From Bacilli bacterium (GTDB lineage: Bacteria > Bacillota_I > Bacilli_A > RFN20 > CAG-826): a stretch of DNA of 64,000 nt. The notes below the pieces were generated by a model. It saw only the letters and a program-made list of their open reading frames with translations, was not told where the DNA came from and did no database searches. The position numbers and the translations under genes are program-made. The DNA lies in NCBI GenBank assembly GCA_045628045.1, contig JAZQOV010000011.1:4912-68911 (forward strand), read 5' to 3'. Numbering within the stretch: position 1 is the first letter of the stretch; every line of letters begins with the position of its first letter. Shown here one piece after another: positions 1 through 10,455 of this stretch.

Positions 1-1440
1 ATTGTTTTAGGTGAAACAAAGGCATTTAAGATCGCAGTTAAAGTTGCAGCATGCGTGCTTGTCGCGCTTATGTTTGCAAGATCTTATTGTAACGATAGAT
101 TTGTTGTTATTATTAACAAAGGTTATTTTGAAGGACGTTTCTACGATAACGCTACTCCAGAAACTAATTTACTTGCTATCTTAAGATGGATTCAATTTGC
201 GTCCTTATGTATTATTATTCCTGCTGTTTTCTACGATAATCGCATATTTAGAAATATGGCGAAGTATTTCTGCGCTCCTTTTGGCGTAGTTAACTTATTC
301 TTCCTAAGTAAGTATTTAGATGATTTTAATATCCTTGCAGTTAGTGGAGTTGGCAAAAATAAAGGATTCTACGTCCAACCTTCTATAAGAACACCATTTG
401 TTATTATTGAATTTGTCTTATTTATTGTTGTTCCAGCACTTTTATTCTTCATGGAATCTGGAAAGAAATATTACTCAACCAAAAAAGAAATCATTCTTAC
501 TTGTATTTACGTGCCATGCGCTATTGCGTTATGCCCACCTGTATATTTATTTCAATCAGTTTTTGGATTTACAGAGAAATTTATGCTTTTAGGCACTTCT
601 AGTTGGTTCTTGTGGGTGCTTTCAATACTTGTACTTCTAGCAGGAATTTATTTCCTATTTAGATTCAAGGATAAAACAACAAGAGAATCTGTCATTCTAA
701 TGCTTGCGCTATACACGTTCATGCATTACAACACGATTTATATGATGGATTTAGTTGCATCACGCTTGCCACTTCAATTATGTAACCTTGGTTCATATTT
801 GATTTTAATTGCATGCATTTTCCATAATCAAAAATTCTTTAACTTCATCTTTATTGGAAACGTTTTTGGTGCGGTTGTTGCTACAATTATTGGCTACGAT
901 AGTAATGAATTACTATCATTCTGGTCAATGCACTACATCATTGAGCATACTTGGGTTATTAATTTACCACTTTTAATGGTTGCCTTTAGACTTTATGAAA
1001 TGCCTGACTTTAGAAAGAAAGCATTACTTCACTTCTTTATCGGATTCACAATCTTCTTTGTGGTCTGCTGGAGCGGTGGTTTTGTTCTCAACTGTTTCTT
1101 ATTTAAACAAGGCCATAAATTCTTTAATCACGTCAACTACTTCTACATGTATGACAATACGGTTGCGAATGTATTCCCGTTCTTAGGATTTACAAAAGCG
1201 GGTTCTATAACAATAAACAATTACACATTCTATCCGATTTATCAGGCTGGAATTTATATTGGATACATGGCTCTTTGTATCGCGTTTTATTTCTTAATTT
1301 GGTTTAGCCAAAGCGTTGCAGAGAGACATTTCAAACTTAGAAAATTAAGAATTAATTTCTTAAAAGAAAAAGGATTCTACAAGAAATTCCATCTTGAAGA
1401 GCCATTACTTGAATACAAAAAAGAAAGCGAGGAGAAGTAA
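1..1440 (+). CDS. polytopic integral membrane protein, 5'-partial (the frame is open to the window start; the 55 start in the track is an internal GTG)
   Basis: The frame-1 ORF has no stop between position 1 and the TAA at 1438-1440. There are at least 10 hydrophobic segments. A GAGGAG RBS inside its 3' end serves the next gene. No family was recognised. Confidence 0.5.
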   Translation: MVLGETKAFKIAVKVAACVLVALMFARSYCNDRFVVIINKGYFEGRFYDNATPETNLLAILRWIQFASLCIIIPAVFYDNRIFRNMAKYFCAPFGVVNLFFLSKYLDDFNILAVSGVGKNKGFYVQPSIRTPFVIIEFVLFIVVPALLFFMESGKKYYSTKKEIILTCIYVPCAIALCPPVYLFQSVFGFTEKFMLLGTSSWFLWVLSILVLLAGIYFLFRFKDKTTRESVILMLALYTFMHYNTIYMMDLVASRLPLQLCNLGSYLILIACIFHNQKFFNFIFIGNVFGAVVATIIGYDSNELLSFWSMHYIIEHTWVINLPLLMVAFRLYEMPDFRKKALLHFFIGFTIFFVVCWSGGFVLNCFLFKQGHKFFNHVNYFYMYDNTVANVFPFLGFTKAGSITINNYTFYPIYQAGIYIGYMALCIAFYFLIWFSQSVAERHFKLRKLRINFLKEKGFYKKFHLEEPLLEYKKESEEK

Positions 1441-1441
1441 A

Positions 1442-2161
1442 ATGATCAGCATTAGAAATTTCTCAAAGCAATACAAGAAGAGTACTTATTACTCTGTAAA
1501 AGATCTCAGTCTTGAAGTAAAAGATGGAGAAGTTTTCGGATTTTTAGGACCTAATGGTGCTGGAAAATCTACCACAATCAAATCCATTATTGGGGTTCTT
1601 CCATTAACTGAAGGACAAATTTTGATTGATGGAATTGATATTTCTAAAGAACCAATGGCCGCAAAAAAGAAAATTGGTTATGTTCCTGATAACCACGCAA
1701 TCTTCGAAGGTTTAACAGGTAGAGAATACATTAATTACCTCGCAAATATATATCAAATTGAATTAAGCCAAGCAGAAGCTGTAGCTGAAAAATATCTTGA
1801 TGTTTTCGGTTTACGCTTTGCGTACGATAATCCAATCAAGTCATACTCACATGGTATGAAACAAAAAATATGCGTTATTGGATCTTTAATTCATAATCCG
1901 AAAGTTTGGATTCTTGATGAACCATTAACTGGTCTTGATCCACAAAGTGCATATCAATTAAAAGCTGCAATGAAAGAACATGCTAAAGCAGGAAATACAG
2001 TTTTCTTCTCAAGCCATATTCTTGATGTTGCTGAAAACCTCTGTGACAGAGTTTGCATTATTAAAAAAGGTCAATTACAAGGCGTTTATAACACAAAAGA
2101 TCTTAAGAAAGGCGACAAATCACTTGAAGATGTCTTCATGGATGTTATTGCAAAGGACTAA
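1442..2161 (+). CDS. ABC transporter ATP-binding protein (ABC-2 / NatA-like)
   Basis: Walker A GPNGAGKST, signature-like SHGMKQK, Walker B ILDEPLTGLD. The ATG at 1442 is preceded by GAGGAG and is in frame with the longer track ORF that starts at 1394; the shorter start is preferred. Confidence 0.9.
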   Translation: MISIRNFSKQYKKSTYYSVKDLSLEVKDGEVFGFLGPNGAGKSTTIKSIIGVLPLTEGQILIDGIDISKEPMAAKKKIGYVPDNHAIFEGLTGREYINYLANIYQIELSQAEAVAEKYLDVFGLRFAYDNPIKSYSHGMKQKICVIGSLIHNPKVWILDEPLTGLDPQSAYQLKAAMKEHAKAGNTVFFSSHILDVAENLCDRVCIIKKGQLQGVYNTKDLKKGDKSLEDVFMDVIAKD

Positions 2162-2167
2162 TTAAGG

Positions 2168-3904
2168 ATGAAAAAGACAGGTTTCTTTAAGAATATAAAA
2201 GATACCCTTATCGCAAAGTTTAAACGTGTTCCTCAACACGCCGAACGCAGTAAGGCTGTTTTAAGCTTACTTTTTGCGAACGCTTATCCTAATATGAGAA
2301 AAGGAAAACGTAAACAAGCCATTCCATCACTTCTTAAGAACATTCTTATTATGGCTGTTGTCTTCTTTGTTTTCTGGTTCTTAGCTGGAAAAATAATGAA
2401 CTTCTTAAGTATTAAGGTTAATGGCGAATTCCTTTCAATTGCTTTACTTTTAACATCTGTTTTAGGATTAGCATTCGCTACAACAAGCATTATTACAAAA
2501 ATGTATTTGAGCAACGATAATAACTTGTTATTATCTTTACCAATATCATTCAACGAATTATTTATTGCAAAGGTTGTAATGGTTTATATTTCGGAATTCA
2601 TGTTCAACCTTATCTATATTCTTCCAATCTTCTGCGCAATCGGAGTTATTGGAGGAGTTGGAGTTTTGTATTACGTTGGAGTTATTGTTTTACTTCCATT
2701 CATTTCAGTTTTACCAATTGCTCTGGGAGCATTAATTTCAATTCCAATTATGTTTATCGTGAAATTCTTTAAATCACGTCCAGTTGTTACAATTGTTGTA
2801 TCAATTATTGCAATTATTGCTGTATTCGTTGGATACATGTTTATTGTTAGATCTGTTTCTGGTGCATTTAACATTGCTGAAGAACAAATTTCTAACTCTC
2901 TCAAAGTGCATTACGCAATCAACGATATTGGCGGAAAACTCTTCTGTTACACATACATCATGCGAGCACTAGAAAGTTTCTTTGTAACGAAAAATATCGT
3001 GGAATTCCTGGTGTTTTTCGGAATTTTACTACTTTATTTAATTGGTTCAGTTATTGTTTTACTTCCATGTTTGTTACTTATCAAACACTTCTTCCAATCA
3101 ATCGAAACAATGAATGAACAAACTCCTGTCATTAAAGTAAAAGGCGATAAGAAATTTAAAAAACGTAGTCAATTTAGACAATTACTTGAAAACGAGTTTA
3201 AGATGATTCTTCGTTCACCAAATCAACTTTTCAAGTACTTCTTAATCACAATTTTAATGCCTCTTATTGTTTTCACTTATGACTTTATTTTAAAAGACAT
3301 TGTCGTTAACGATACAGGCAACATTGTTAAATACGCATCGCATTATTTTGCTTTATTTACAATGGTTTGTTTATCAAGTTTAATTTCTAGCGTCGCTATT
3401 TCAAAACAAGGAAGTTTATTCTACCTAACAAAGACTCTTCCAGTTGATTACAAGAAACAAATTACTGTAAAAGCTGTATTCAACTGTTCTTTAACAATTG
3501 GAATGGTTCTTATCACCATGATTGTAGTTCTCGCTACTGGAGTTATTAATGTCTGGCAGGTAACAGTGTGTTCAGCATTAAGTGCAATCTTTATTTGTAT
3601 TGGGCACGTTTGTCACTCTATTGATTTAGATTTAAGAAAGCCAACTTTATCTTGGTATGATGTCAGTGATATTGATGAACTTAGCAAGAACACTGCAACA
3701 TCAGTTTTGATTGGTTTACTTATTTCAGCAGCCTCATTCCTTATTATGTATTTGACTTACACATTAAGGTTAAAAGAAGTTGTCTCTGTTAGCATTATGG
3801 AACCAGTCATAGTAGTTCTCATTTTAAGCATTTTATACGCGATTTTCCGTGTATATTTCCTATATTTACGCGTTCAAGATGAATTAGAAAGGATGGAATT
3901 ATAA
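2168..3904 (+). CDS. ABC transporter permease-like polytopic membrane protein (578 aa)
   Basis: It lies immediately downstream of the ABC ATPase (6-bp gap) and has many TM helices throughout. No precise family was recognised. Confidence 0.6.
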   Translation: MKKTGFFKNIKDTLIAKFKRVPQHAERSKAVLSLLFANAYPNMRKGKRKQAIPSLLKNILIMAVVFFVFWFLAGKIMNFLSIKVNGEFLSIALLLTSVLGLAFATTSIITKMYLSNDNNLLLSLPISFNELFIAKVVMVYISEFMFNLIYILPIFCAIGVIGGVGVLYYVGVIVLLPFISVLPIALGALISIPIMFIVKFFKSRPVVTIVVSIIAIIAVFVGYMFIVRSVSGAFNIAEEQISNSLKVHYAINDIGGKLFCYTYIMRALESFFVTKNIVEFLVFFGILLLYLIGSVIVLLPCLLLIKHFFQSIETMNEQTPVIKVKGDKKFKKRSQFRQLLENEFKMILRSPNQLFKYFLITILMPLIVFTYDFILKDIVVNDTGNIVKYASHYFALFTMVCLSSLISSVAISKQGSLFYLTKTLPVDYKKQITVKAVFNCSLTIGMVLITMIVVLATGVINVWQVTVCSALSAIFICIGHVCHSIDLDLRKPTLSWYDVSDIDELSKNTATSVLIGLLISAASFLIMYLTYTLRLKEVVSVSIMEPVIVVLILSILYAIFRVYFLYLRVQDELERMEL

Positions 3905-3905
3905 T

Positions 3906-4832
3906 ATGAAAAAGTTCTCTATTATCATTCTTATTTTACTTCCGTTTTTCCTAATTTATTTCGTCTCATTAGCAGGAAAAATTTATTCTGCATATTCTTC
4001 AATTGAACTCATTAGTATGTCGATTAGAGACTCAGATCACACCTTTGAAGAAGGCGAGATTTTAGAGATGAGAGTTGAAGAATCTCATTACATTGAAATT
4101 GAGTTTAATCCAGATAACGCTTCAAACAAATCTTATACAGTTGCTAAGTATGATGAATCAGTCATTTCATATAACAACCACGGTTTAATTGAAGCTGTTG
4201 GCGAAGGTGTTACAACTTTAATTTTCACATCACTCAGTAATTCATCTATTTTCACCGAACTCACTGTCCATGTACGTGATGATCAATTAAGAGATTTCAC
4301 ATTACCTACAAGCGAAATTAATATAAAAATCGGCGGAAAAGAGCAAATAAATCCAGTTTATGAACCAAAAAATCCAGTTGAAGAACAAAAAGGATTTACA
4401 TATACATCCCTTGATCCATCAATCGCAACCGTTGACTCGAACGGTTACGTTACTGGTGTTTCTGAGGGTGAAACATACATTGTCGTTAAATCTACTTATT
4501 TAGGAAAGGAGAAACAAGTCAAGGTAAAAGTATCAGAACACGGAGCAGGATCTGCCTACTTTAATCTCGAAAAGGAAGAAGGTTATTCTTACGCTATTTG
4601 GCACGAAGATACAATCGAACTTTATGACCATATTACTATTGTTAATGGATCACGAAAAGATTATGTATTTGATGTAACTTCAGCAAATGGTGTTGATACA
4701 ACTTACTTAGAGAGCGATGGCATCCTCAGATTTACACAAAAAGGCGTACTGGTCACAGTTAATTTATATAGAAAGACCAGTGATTCAAAAGTAAAAATTG
4801 ATGATATTTCAATTAAATATATTGCTAATTAG
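3906..4832 (+). CDS. membrane-anchored protein with a Big_2 (bacterial Ig-like) domain
   Basis: N-terminal TM/signal anchor (IIILILLPFFLIYFVSLAG). The motif YTSLDPSIATVDSNGYVTGVSEGETYIVVKS is typical of Big_2. The start is 2 bp after the upstream stop. Confidence 0.6.
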   Translation: MKKFSIIILILLPFFLIYFVSLAGKIYSAYSSIELISMSIRDSDHTFEEGEILEMRVEESHYIEIEFNPDNASNKSYTVAKYDESVISYNNHGLIEAVGEGVTTLIFTSLSNSSIFTELTVHVRDDQLRDFTLPTSEINIKIGGKEQINPVYEPKNPVEEQKGFTYTSLDPSIATVDSNGYVTGVSEGETYIVVKSTYLGKEKQVKVKVSEHGAGSAYFNLEKEEGYSYAIWHEDTIELYDHITIVNGSRKDYVFDVTSANGVDTTYLESDGILRFTQKGVLVTVNLYRKTSDSKVKIDDISIKYIAN

Positions 4833-4841
4833 GAGGAAAAT

Positions 4842-7800
4842 ATGAAAACTAAATTTTCGAAAATCATTCTAGCAAGCGCATGCGCATTTTCAGTAAGTGC
4901 ATGTAATCAACAAACTCCAAAACTAACTATTAGTGTGGAGAACAACATTTCAAGTATCCAAAGAGCTCAAGAAATTCAAATTTCTGCAGCTATGGAACAT
5001 CTTAGCGGCGATGTAGTTTATACCGTTGCTACAGATAAGGATACAGAAGAAGTAAAATACGCAACAGTTAGCGCAACTGGACTCTTAAAATGTTCAGAAG
5101 AGGCACCTGTTGGCGCAATTATCACAGTTGAAGGAAGCGTAAATGGAACAATCTCTAACCCACTTACCTTTACCGTTCAACATACTTATGCTGAATCAAT
5201 TGAAATTGTTGCAACAGGCAGTGATGGAAAAGCTAAAGAAAACTTTGCTACATCTTTAGATGAAATTACTTTAACAACTTTATTTACACCTGCATACGCA
5301 ACAGTTAAATCAGTTAGATATTCAATTGTTGATGGTGATGAATTTGCTGTTGTCAGTGAACAAGGAGTTGTAAGCCTTAAACCAGGCATCGACTTTGAAG
5401 ACACTGCTAAAAACAAAATTGTTGAAGTTAAATCAACAGTTGTCAATCCAGATTCAACCGCTAAAGAAGTAAGTGCCACAAAGTCACTTATTATTAACGG
5501 TATTCTTCCAGATAGAATTGAATTATCTGCAAAAATTGGTGAAGAACCAGCAGTCTCAATTAAGAGAAAAGATGAAGTTGTTTTAACACGTGCTTTCTCA
5601 TGCGAAAGTGGTGAAGAACCAACAATCAAAACAACATCATATGAATTTGAATCAGGTAGAGATATCTGCACAATTTCAAAAGATGTTCTTAAGTTAAAAT
5701 CCATGGATTTATCCGCATATTATGGCTCAAAAATTAAATTTAGAGCAGTTTTAAATGCTGATGAATCAATTGCTTCAAACTGGGTAGAATTAACAGTTGA
5801 AGAACTTACCGCATATCTTGATATTAAATGTGCAAAAGCAATGGAAGTTACCGAAACAGTTGCTATTCAAGTTGATTGCCAAGATGGTGCATCAAATGAA
5901 TTCACAATTGGAATTGTCTCAGGTAAAGGCGATGACATTGCTGAAATTATTACAAACGAAACAAGCTCAGGAAAAACATACACTCTTGCTATTAAACATG
6001 GTCAAGAAGAGAACGCTGTTAATAGAGCTATCACAATTACAGCTACATCAGTTAACGATCCAGAAATTAATGACACTGTAGTTATCAACGTTATTCCAGC
6101 AGTTGAACTTCAAGTTAACACAATGAACTTCATTGATGAATATTCATCAAATAACCATATTTCATTCTCAGTTCTTGAACATGGTGCTGAAATTCCAAGT
6201 GAACGAATTGATACCTCAAAAGTTAAATATGAATCATTAAATGCTGAAATTTTCACAGTTGATGCAACCGGTAAAGTTACAGCAGTTAATCATGGTAAAG
6301 GTTCAGTAAAAGTTACCTATGGTGAAGTTGTTGGCTATGGCGATGTTAACATTATGGTCGCACCAACATCAGTCAATATTAACCTTGGTTTAACAAAAAC
6401 ATTCCAAGCAAACCACAGATATTCTTACTCTAAGAATGAAACATTAAAAATTGGTGTTTCTGCAACAAACATCTCTGGTAAGAAAACAACCGAATCATTC
6501 AAATACAGATTTGATAGATTAGTTGATGGTGCAATCGTTGAAACTGGTAACTCAGTTGCAGAAATTGATGCATCACAAAACATTACATTCAAACAAACAG
6601 GCGAAATTAAGCTAACCGTTACATCAATCTCATCACTCAATGGTGAAAATACAACCGCTGTTGAAAAGTCAGATTACATGATCTTTGAAATTAATGAAGG
6701 TGTTAACGTTAGAACTCAAGAAGACCTCGCAAAACTAAATAAGGGTAAAAATCTCACAATTAACTTTGTTAACGATATTTACATGACTGGCGATGGCTTC
6801 GGCTTAACAACTAACGCCGTCTATAGAGGCCTTATCTTCTATGGCTCAACAAAGATGAACGGAAATGGCTTCAAAATCTCTTCTGAAAAACTTAAATTCC
6901 ATACAGAAGCAGAAGATGGACAAAATAGTAATATGTTTACATTCCAACCAGAAGGATACGTTGATAATGGTGAAAACTCTAGAATTGAAGAAAATAGAGC
7001 TTGGGAAGTTATCGTTAAAGACCTTGAAGTCGTTGGTATGATGGGCGTTAATGGCGATTACACCGGTACAGAAGCATCTTCTAAAGGACTTAGCGTTGTC
7101 AATAAAGACGGAACTCCAAAATGTGTATTCGAAAAAGGTTTCCATGTCGGTTATGGTGGATATCAAAACTACGCAGGATTAAGAGTCGCATCTTCATGTC
7201 TTGAAAGATTAGTCCTTGAAAATTGTAATATTCACAACTTCCGTTTCGGCGTTAGAGTTGAACACGCAATTTATGCATTAGTTAAGGACACATACGTTGG
7301 AGCATGTTACGAATCCGGTATTATTTTCTCACAATGCTTTGCAACTCTTGAAAACCCATGGTTTGGTCAAGTCGGTACATTCGCTATTGAAATGGCACCA
7401 GACTGCATGAGAGATAAAGCATCTCAAAATCCAACTGGCTGTGCTGGTAAGGATTACAATCAAACTGCAACCCTTTACCTCAATGGTGATATTGTTCGTG
7501 ATGGTGTTTCAAGCATTCAAAACTTCAACAATGGTGCTTCTACTCCAGGCATGAAGGGATTCACCTTAGGTGAATATACAATGCCAATGGTTATCGCAAT
7601 GTTAACTCAAGGCATCATTCAAGCTATTGTTGGACAAACTGGTGGTGGACAAGCTCTTGCGGATCAATTATTCGGAGCTGTTTCAAGATGCTTATATAAG
7701 AATGGTGATGCTTCAGCATCAGAAATTAACTTATTCTTATTAATCTTCGTTAATCCAACACAATTTAACAGCTACTACAAAGGCAACCAAGAAGGTAAGT

Positions 7801-7997
7801 TTGGTCAATTTAAAACAAATAACACCGAACAAAACATGATTACCTTAATGGATTTGTTAGCTGGTATTGCAGCACAAAGTATTAATCCAGCAGATTATCA
7901 ATACATTAGAGTTGACCTTGATGTTTCAAGTGTTGTCGGCACTGATATTGGTGACGCAATTGTCATTAACCAAGCTTATAAAGGCTTAGCAAAATAA
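4842..7997 (+). CDS. large surface lipoprotein (1051 aa) with Ig-like repeats and a C-terminal beta-helix-like region
   Basis: Signal peptide with a lipobox (FSVSAC-N). A GGAGGA RBS is present. The repeats are Big_2-like (ATVKSVRYSIVDGDEFAVVSEQGVVSLK). The C-terminal Gly/Asn-rich region is possibly a parallel beta-helix. Confidence 0.65.
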   Translation: MKTKFSKIILASACAFSVSACNQQTPKLTISVENNISSIQRAQEIQISAAMEHLSGDVVYTVATDKDTEEVKYATVSATGLLKCSEEAPVGAIITVEGSVNGTISNPLTFTVQHTYAESIEIVATGSDGKAKENFATSLDEITLTTLFTPAYATVKSVRYSIVDGDEFAVVSEQGVVSLKPGIDFEDTAKNKIVEVKSTVVNPDSTAKEVSATKSLIINGILPDRIELSAKIGEEPAVSIKRKDEVVLTRAFSCESGEEPTIKTTSYEFESGRDICTISKDVLKLKSMDLSAYYGSKIKFRAVLNADESIASNWVELTVEELTAYLDIKCAKAMEVTETVAIQVDCQDGASNEFTIGIVSGKGDDIAEIITNETSSGKTYTLAIKHGQEENAVNRAITITATSVNDPEINDTVVINVIPAVELQVNTMNFIDEYSSNNHISFSVLEHGAEIPSERIDTSKVKYESLNAEIFTVDATGKVTAVNHGKGSVKVTYGEVVGYGDVNIMVAPTSVNINLGLTKTFQANHRYSYSKNETLKIGVSATNISGKKTTESFKYRFDRLVDGAIVETGNSVAEIDASQNITFKQTGEIKLTVTSISSLNGENTTAVEKSDYMIFEINEGVNVRTQEDLAKLNKGKNLTINFVNDIYMTGDGFGLTTNAVYRGLIFYGSTKMNGNGFKISSEKLKFHTEAEDGQNSNMFTFQPEGYVDNGENSRIEENRAWEVIVKDLEVVGMMGVNGDYTGTEASSKGLSVVNKDGTPKCVFEKGFHVGYGGYQNYAGLRVASSCLERLVLENCNIHNFRFGVRVEHAIYALVKDTYVGACYESGIIFSQCFATLENPWFGQVGTFAIEMAPDCMRDKASQNPTGCAGKDYNQTATLYLNGDIVRDGVSSIQNFNNGASTPGMKGFTLGEYTMPMVIAMLTQGIIQAIVGQTGGGQALADQLFGAVSRCLYKNGDASASEINLFLLIFVNPTQFNSYYKGNQEGKFGQFKTNNTEQNMITLMDLLAGIAAQSINPADYQYIRVDLDVSSVVGTDIGDAIVINQAYKGLAK

Positions 7998-8018
7998 ACT
8001 TTGTTTATTAAGATTAAA

Positions 8019-8046
8019 GGTTCGGAGCAAAATCTGAACCTTTTTT
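8019..8046 (+). terminator. Rho-independent terminator after the lipoprotein gene
   Basis: GGTTCGGAG-caaaat-CTGAACC hairpin followed by TTTTTT. Confidence 0.6.
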
Positions 8047-8105
8047 CGTAAAATTTTACGAAAAAAATTGATTAAATTTAGAATATTATATATATTTATA
8101 TACGT

Positions 8106-10454
8106 ATGATTATCGCGAGAAATTTAGTAAAGAAATTTAAATCTCCAGATAAGAACGAGGAAATCGTTGCTTTAGACCACCTTAGTCTTACACTTCCAGA
8201 CAAAGGTTTAATCGCTATTGTTGGCGCATCAGGATGTGGTAAATCCACTCTTTTACACGTACTTGGTGGCCTTGAAAAAGCGGATTCAGGATCTTTTGTT
8301 GTAGATGGAAGAGACTCTAAATCATTCTCTGGCACAGAATGGGATTCATACAGAAACCAAATGGTTGGGTTTATTTTCCAAAATTACTATCTTCTTCCAC
8401 ATCTTACTGTTTTTGAAAACGTTGCAATAACACTTGAATTGTCCAGAAACACGAAAGACATGAAGGAAAAAGTTATGGCTGCATTAGAAAGAGTTGGCCT
8501 TACTAAGTACGCAAAACGCTTACCAAGACAGCTTTCGGGCGGTCAACAACAACGCGTTGCCGTTGCTAGGGCACTTGTTTCAAACCCATCTATTATTCTT
8601 GCAGATGAACCTACTGGCGCTTTGGATGCTAAATCATCTATTGCGGTTATGGATAACTTAAAAGATATTTCCACAGATCATCTTGTTGTTATGGTTACTC
8701 ATAACGAACGTCTCGCTAATGAATATGCAGATAGAATTATTGAGATTTCCTATGGAAAAATTTTTAAAGACCTTACTTTAAAGACAAAAGATCAGAAAAA
8801 AGAGAATATAGAACCTCTTCGTAGAATTCACACTCCGTTCCTTACCTCAATTAAGTGGGGAACAAGAAATGTTATTAAGAAAAAAGGACGTTCAATTCCT
8901 ATTGCTGTTGCAACCGGTATTGGTTTAGCAGCTTGTGGTGTTGTCATTTCGATGACCCAAAGCGTTAATAAATATGTTCAAGAATCTCAGGATGCTGCTT
9001 TAAGCTCTTCTCCAATTTATATTCATTGTGTTGCGAATAACACAGTTGATTATTATCAGAAATCATTAACTATTTACCCAGATTCAACAGATGTCATAAT
9101 CGAAAGATCTGGTGTTCAAAATCAATTCTTCCCAATCTTTGATAGCGAATTTAATGACTATGTTGATAAGCTTGTTCCTGGTGTTGATTATGGTTATCTA
9201 AGAAAGTATGGTGCATACAAATTTAACCTCTATACTGAGAAAAATCCTGGGGAAATCATGAGGATTTCAGACTCAAATGCTTATACTGCTCCACTTTCTT
9301 TGGATCACGATACACTAGACTTTGTAGCAAATGATTACACAGTTTTAGCAGGTCACATGCCAGAAAACGAAAATGAAGTTGCATTGCTTGTAGATGAATA
9401 TAACTGTATTTCCGAAAAGAAATTAAAAAATCTTGGATTCTCATTTACATCAGAAACCGATGTTATTAAATGGGATGATATTGTTAACAAAGAATATCGA
9501 TGTGTTGATAACGATGATGTCTATTATGAAGCTACAAGAACTGTCGCTGATGATCCTGAACCACGAACAGTTTTCTATAGAAAATCAAATGTAGATGCAT
9601 ATAATTCATCATCTATTAATTTAAAAATCACCGCAATTCTAAGAGCAAATAAAGAACTCGATGATACTCTTTTTGATGGAACATTACTTTTCCATCCAGA
9701 TTTTTATAATAATCACGTAAGATTAAACGAAGAATCCGCTATAGTTAAAGCTCAAAAAGAGCATCCAAATTACAGCATTTTAGACGGGCACACATTTGTT
9801 GATGATGTCTCTGGCACAAAGAGATACTATTATGAAGCAACCTTAGTTGAAATTGGTGGACTTAATGTTGCTTATTCGTATTTAATCTATACAGATTATT
9901 ATGAGCAAAGAGCTCAAATTATGAATTATTTTAATGCATACAACAACACCAATCCTGATTACATAATCAAGGTTAAGGATTCACTTGGGAATCTTAGTAA
10001 CTCTTTCGCTAGTATCACAAAAACTTACTCAACTGTTGTTTTAGTGTTTGCAATCATTGCAATAATTATTGCAGGATTCTTAACTGCAATCTTGACCTAT
10101 ATATCTGTTGTTGAAAGAACAAGAGAAATAGGCCTACTTAGATCACTCGGAAGTAGGTGCATAGATATATTTAACCTATTCTTGGTGGAAGCGTGTATTG
10201 TTGGCGTAATTGGAGGCGTTTTAAGCGTAGCTTTGTCTTATGCTTTATCGCCAGTAGCTTCGGGCGCTGTTATTAACCTTATTGAAGTTGCTGAAACTAA
10301 CTTCCCACTTCCAACTCTTAAAGAATTCGCGTATGTTCCTGGTTGGATTGCTCCATTCTTAATAGGTCTTTCATTAATTGTTGCTATTATTTCATCTCTT
10401 GCACCTGCAATCATTGCAAGCCGCAAGAGACCTGCACAAGCATTAAAAGAATAA
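8106..10454 (+). CDS. MacB-like fused ABC ATPase + FtsX-family permease
   Basis: Walker A GASGCGKST, LSGGQQQRVAVARAL, Walker B ILADEPTGALD. This is followed by a TM helix, a roughly 400-aa extracytoplasmic domain and a C-terminal 3-TM FtsX-like region. Confidence 0.8.
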   Translation: MIIARNLVKKFKSPDKNEEIVALDHLSLTLPDKGLIAIVGASGCGKSTLLHVLGGLEKADSGSFVVDGRDSKSFSGTEWDSYRNQMVGFIFQNYYLLPHLTVFENVAITLELSRNTKDMKEKVMAALERVGLTKYAKRLPRQLSGGQQQRVAVARALVSNPSIILADEPTGALDAKSSIAVMDNLKDISTDHLVVMVTHNERLANEYADRIIEISYGKIFKDLTLKTKDQKKENIEPLRRIHTPFLTSIKWGTRNVIKKKGRSIPIAVATGIGLAACGVVISMTQSVNKYVQESQDAALSSSPIYIHCVANNTVDYYQKSLTIYPDSTDVIIERSGVQNQFFPIFDSEFNDYVDKLVPGVDYGYLRKYGAYKFNLYTEKNPGEIMRISDSNAYTAPLSLDHDTLDFVANDYTVLAGHMPENENEVALLVDEYNCISEKKLKNLGFSFTSETDVIKWDDIVNKEYRCVDNDDVYYEATRTVADDPEPRTVFYRKSNVDAYNSSSINLKITAILRANKELDDTLFDGTLLFHPDFYNNHVRLNEESAIVKAQKEHPNYSILDGHTFVDDVSGTKRYYYEATLVEIGGLNVAYSYLIYTDYYEQRAQIMNYFNAYNNTNPDYIIKVKDSLGNLSNSFASITKTYSTVVLVFAIIAIIIAGFLTAILTYISVVERTREIGLLRSLGSRCIDIFNLFLVEACIVGVIGGVLSVALSYALSPVASGAVINLIEVAETNFPLPTLKEFAYVPGWIAPFLIGLSLIVAIISSLAPAIIASRKRPAQALKE

Positions 10455-10455
10455 A

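Noticed and set aside
1394-1441. Longer start for the ABC ATPase (track ORF from 1394).
   Set aside because: It overlaps the upstream gene and has no RBS. The ATG at 1442 has a GAGGAG RBS at ideal spacing.
2284-2553. Small ORFs antisense to or nested within large genes (e.g. 2284-2553-, 5186-5704-, 25028-25354-, 35345-35626-, 41373-41735-, 62676-63032-).
   Set aside because: They lie fully inside confidently called genes on the opposite strand or in another frame. They have low-complexity composition and no RBS. They are spurious.
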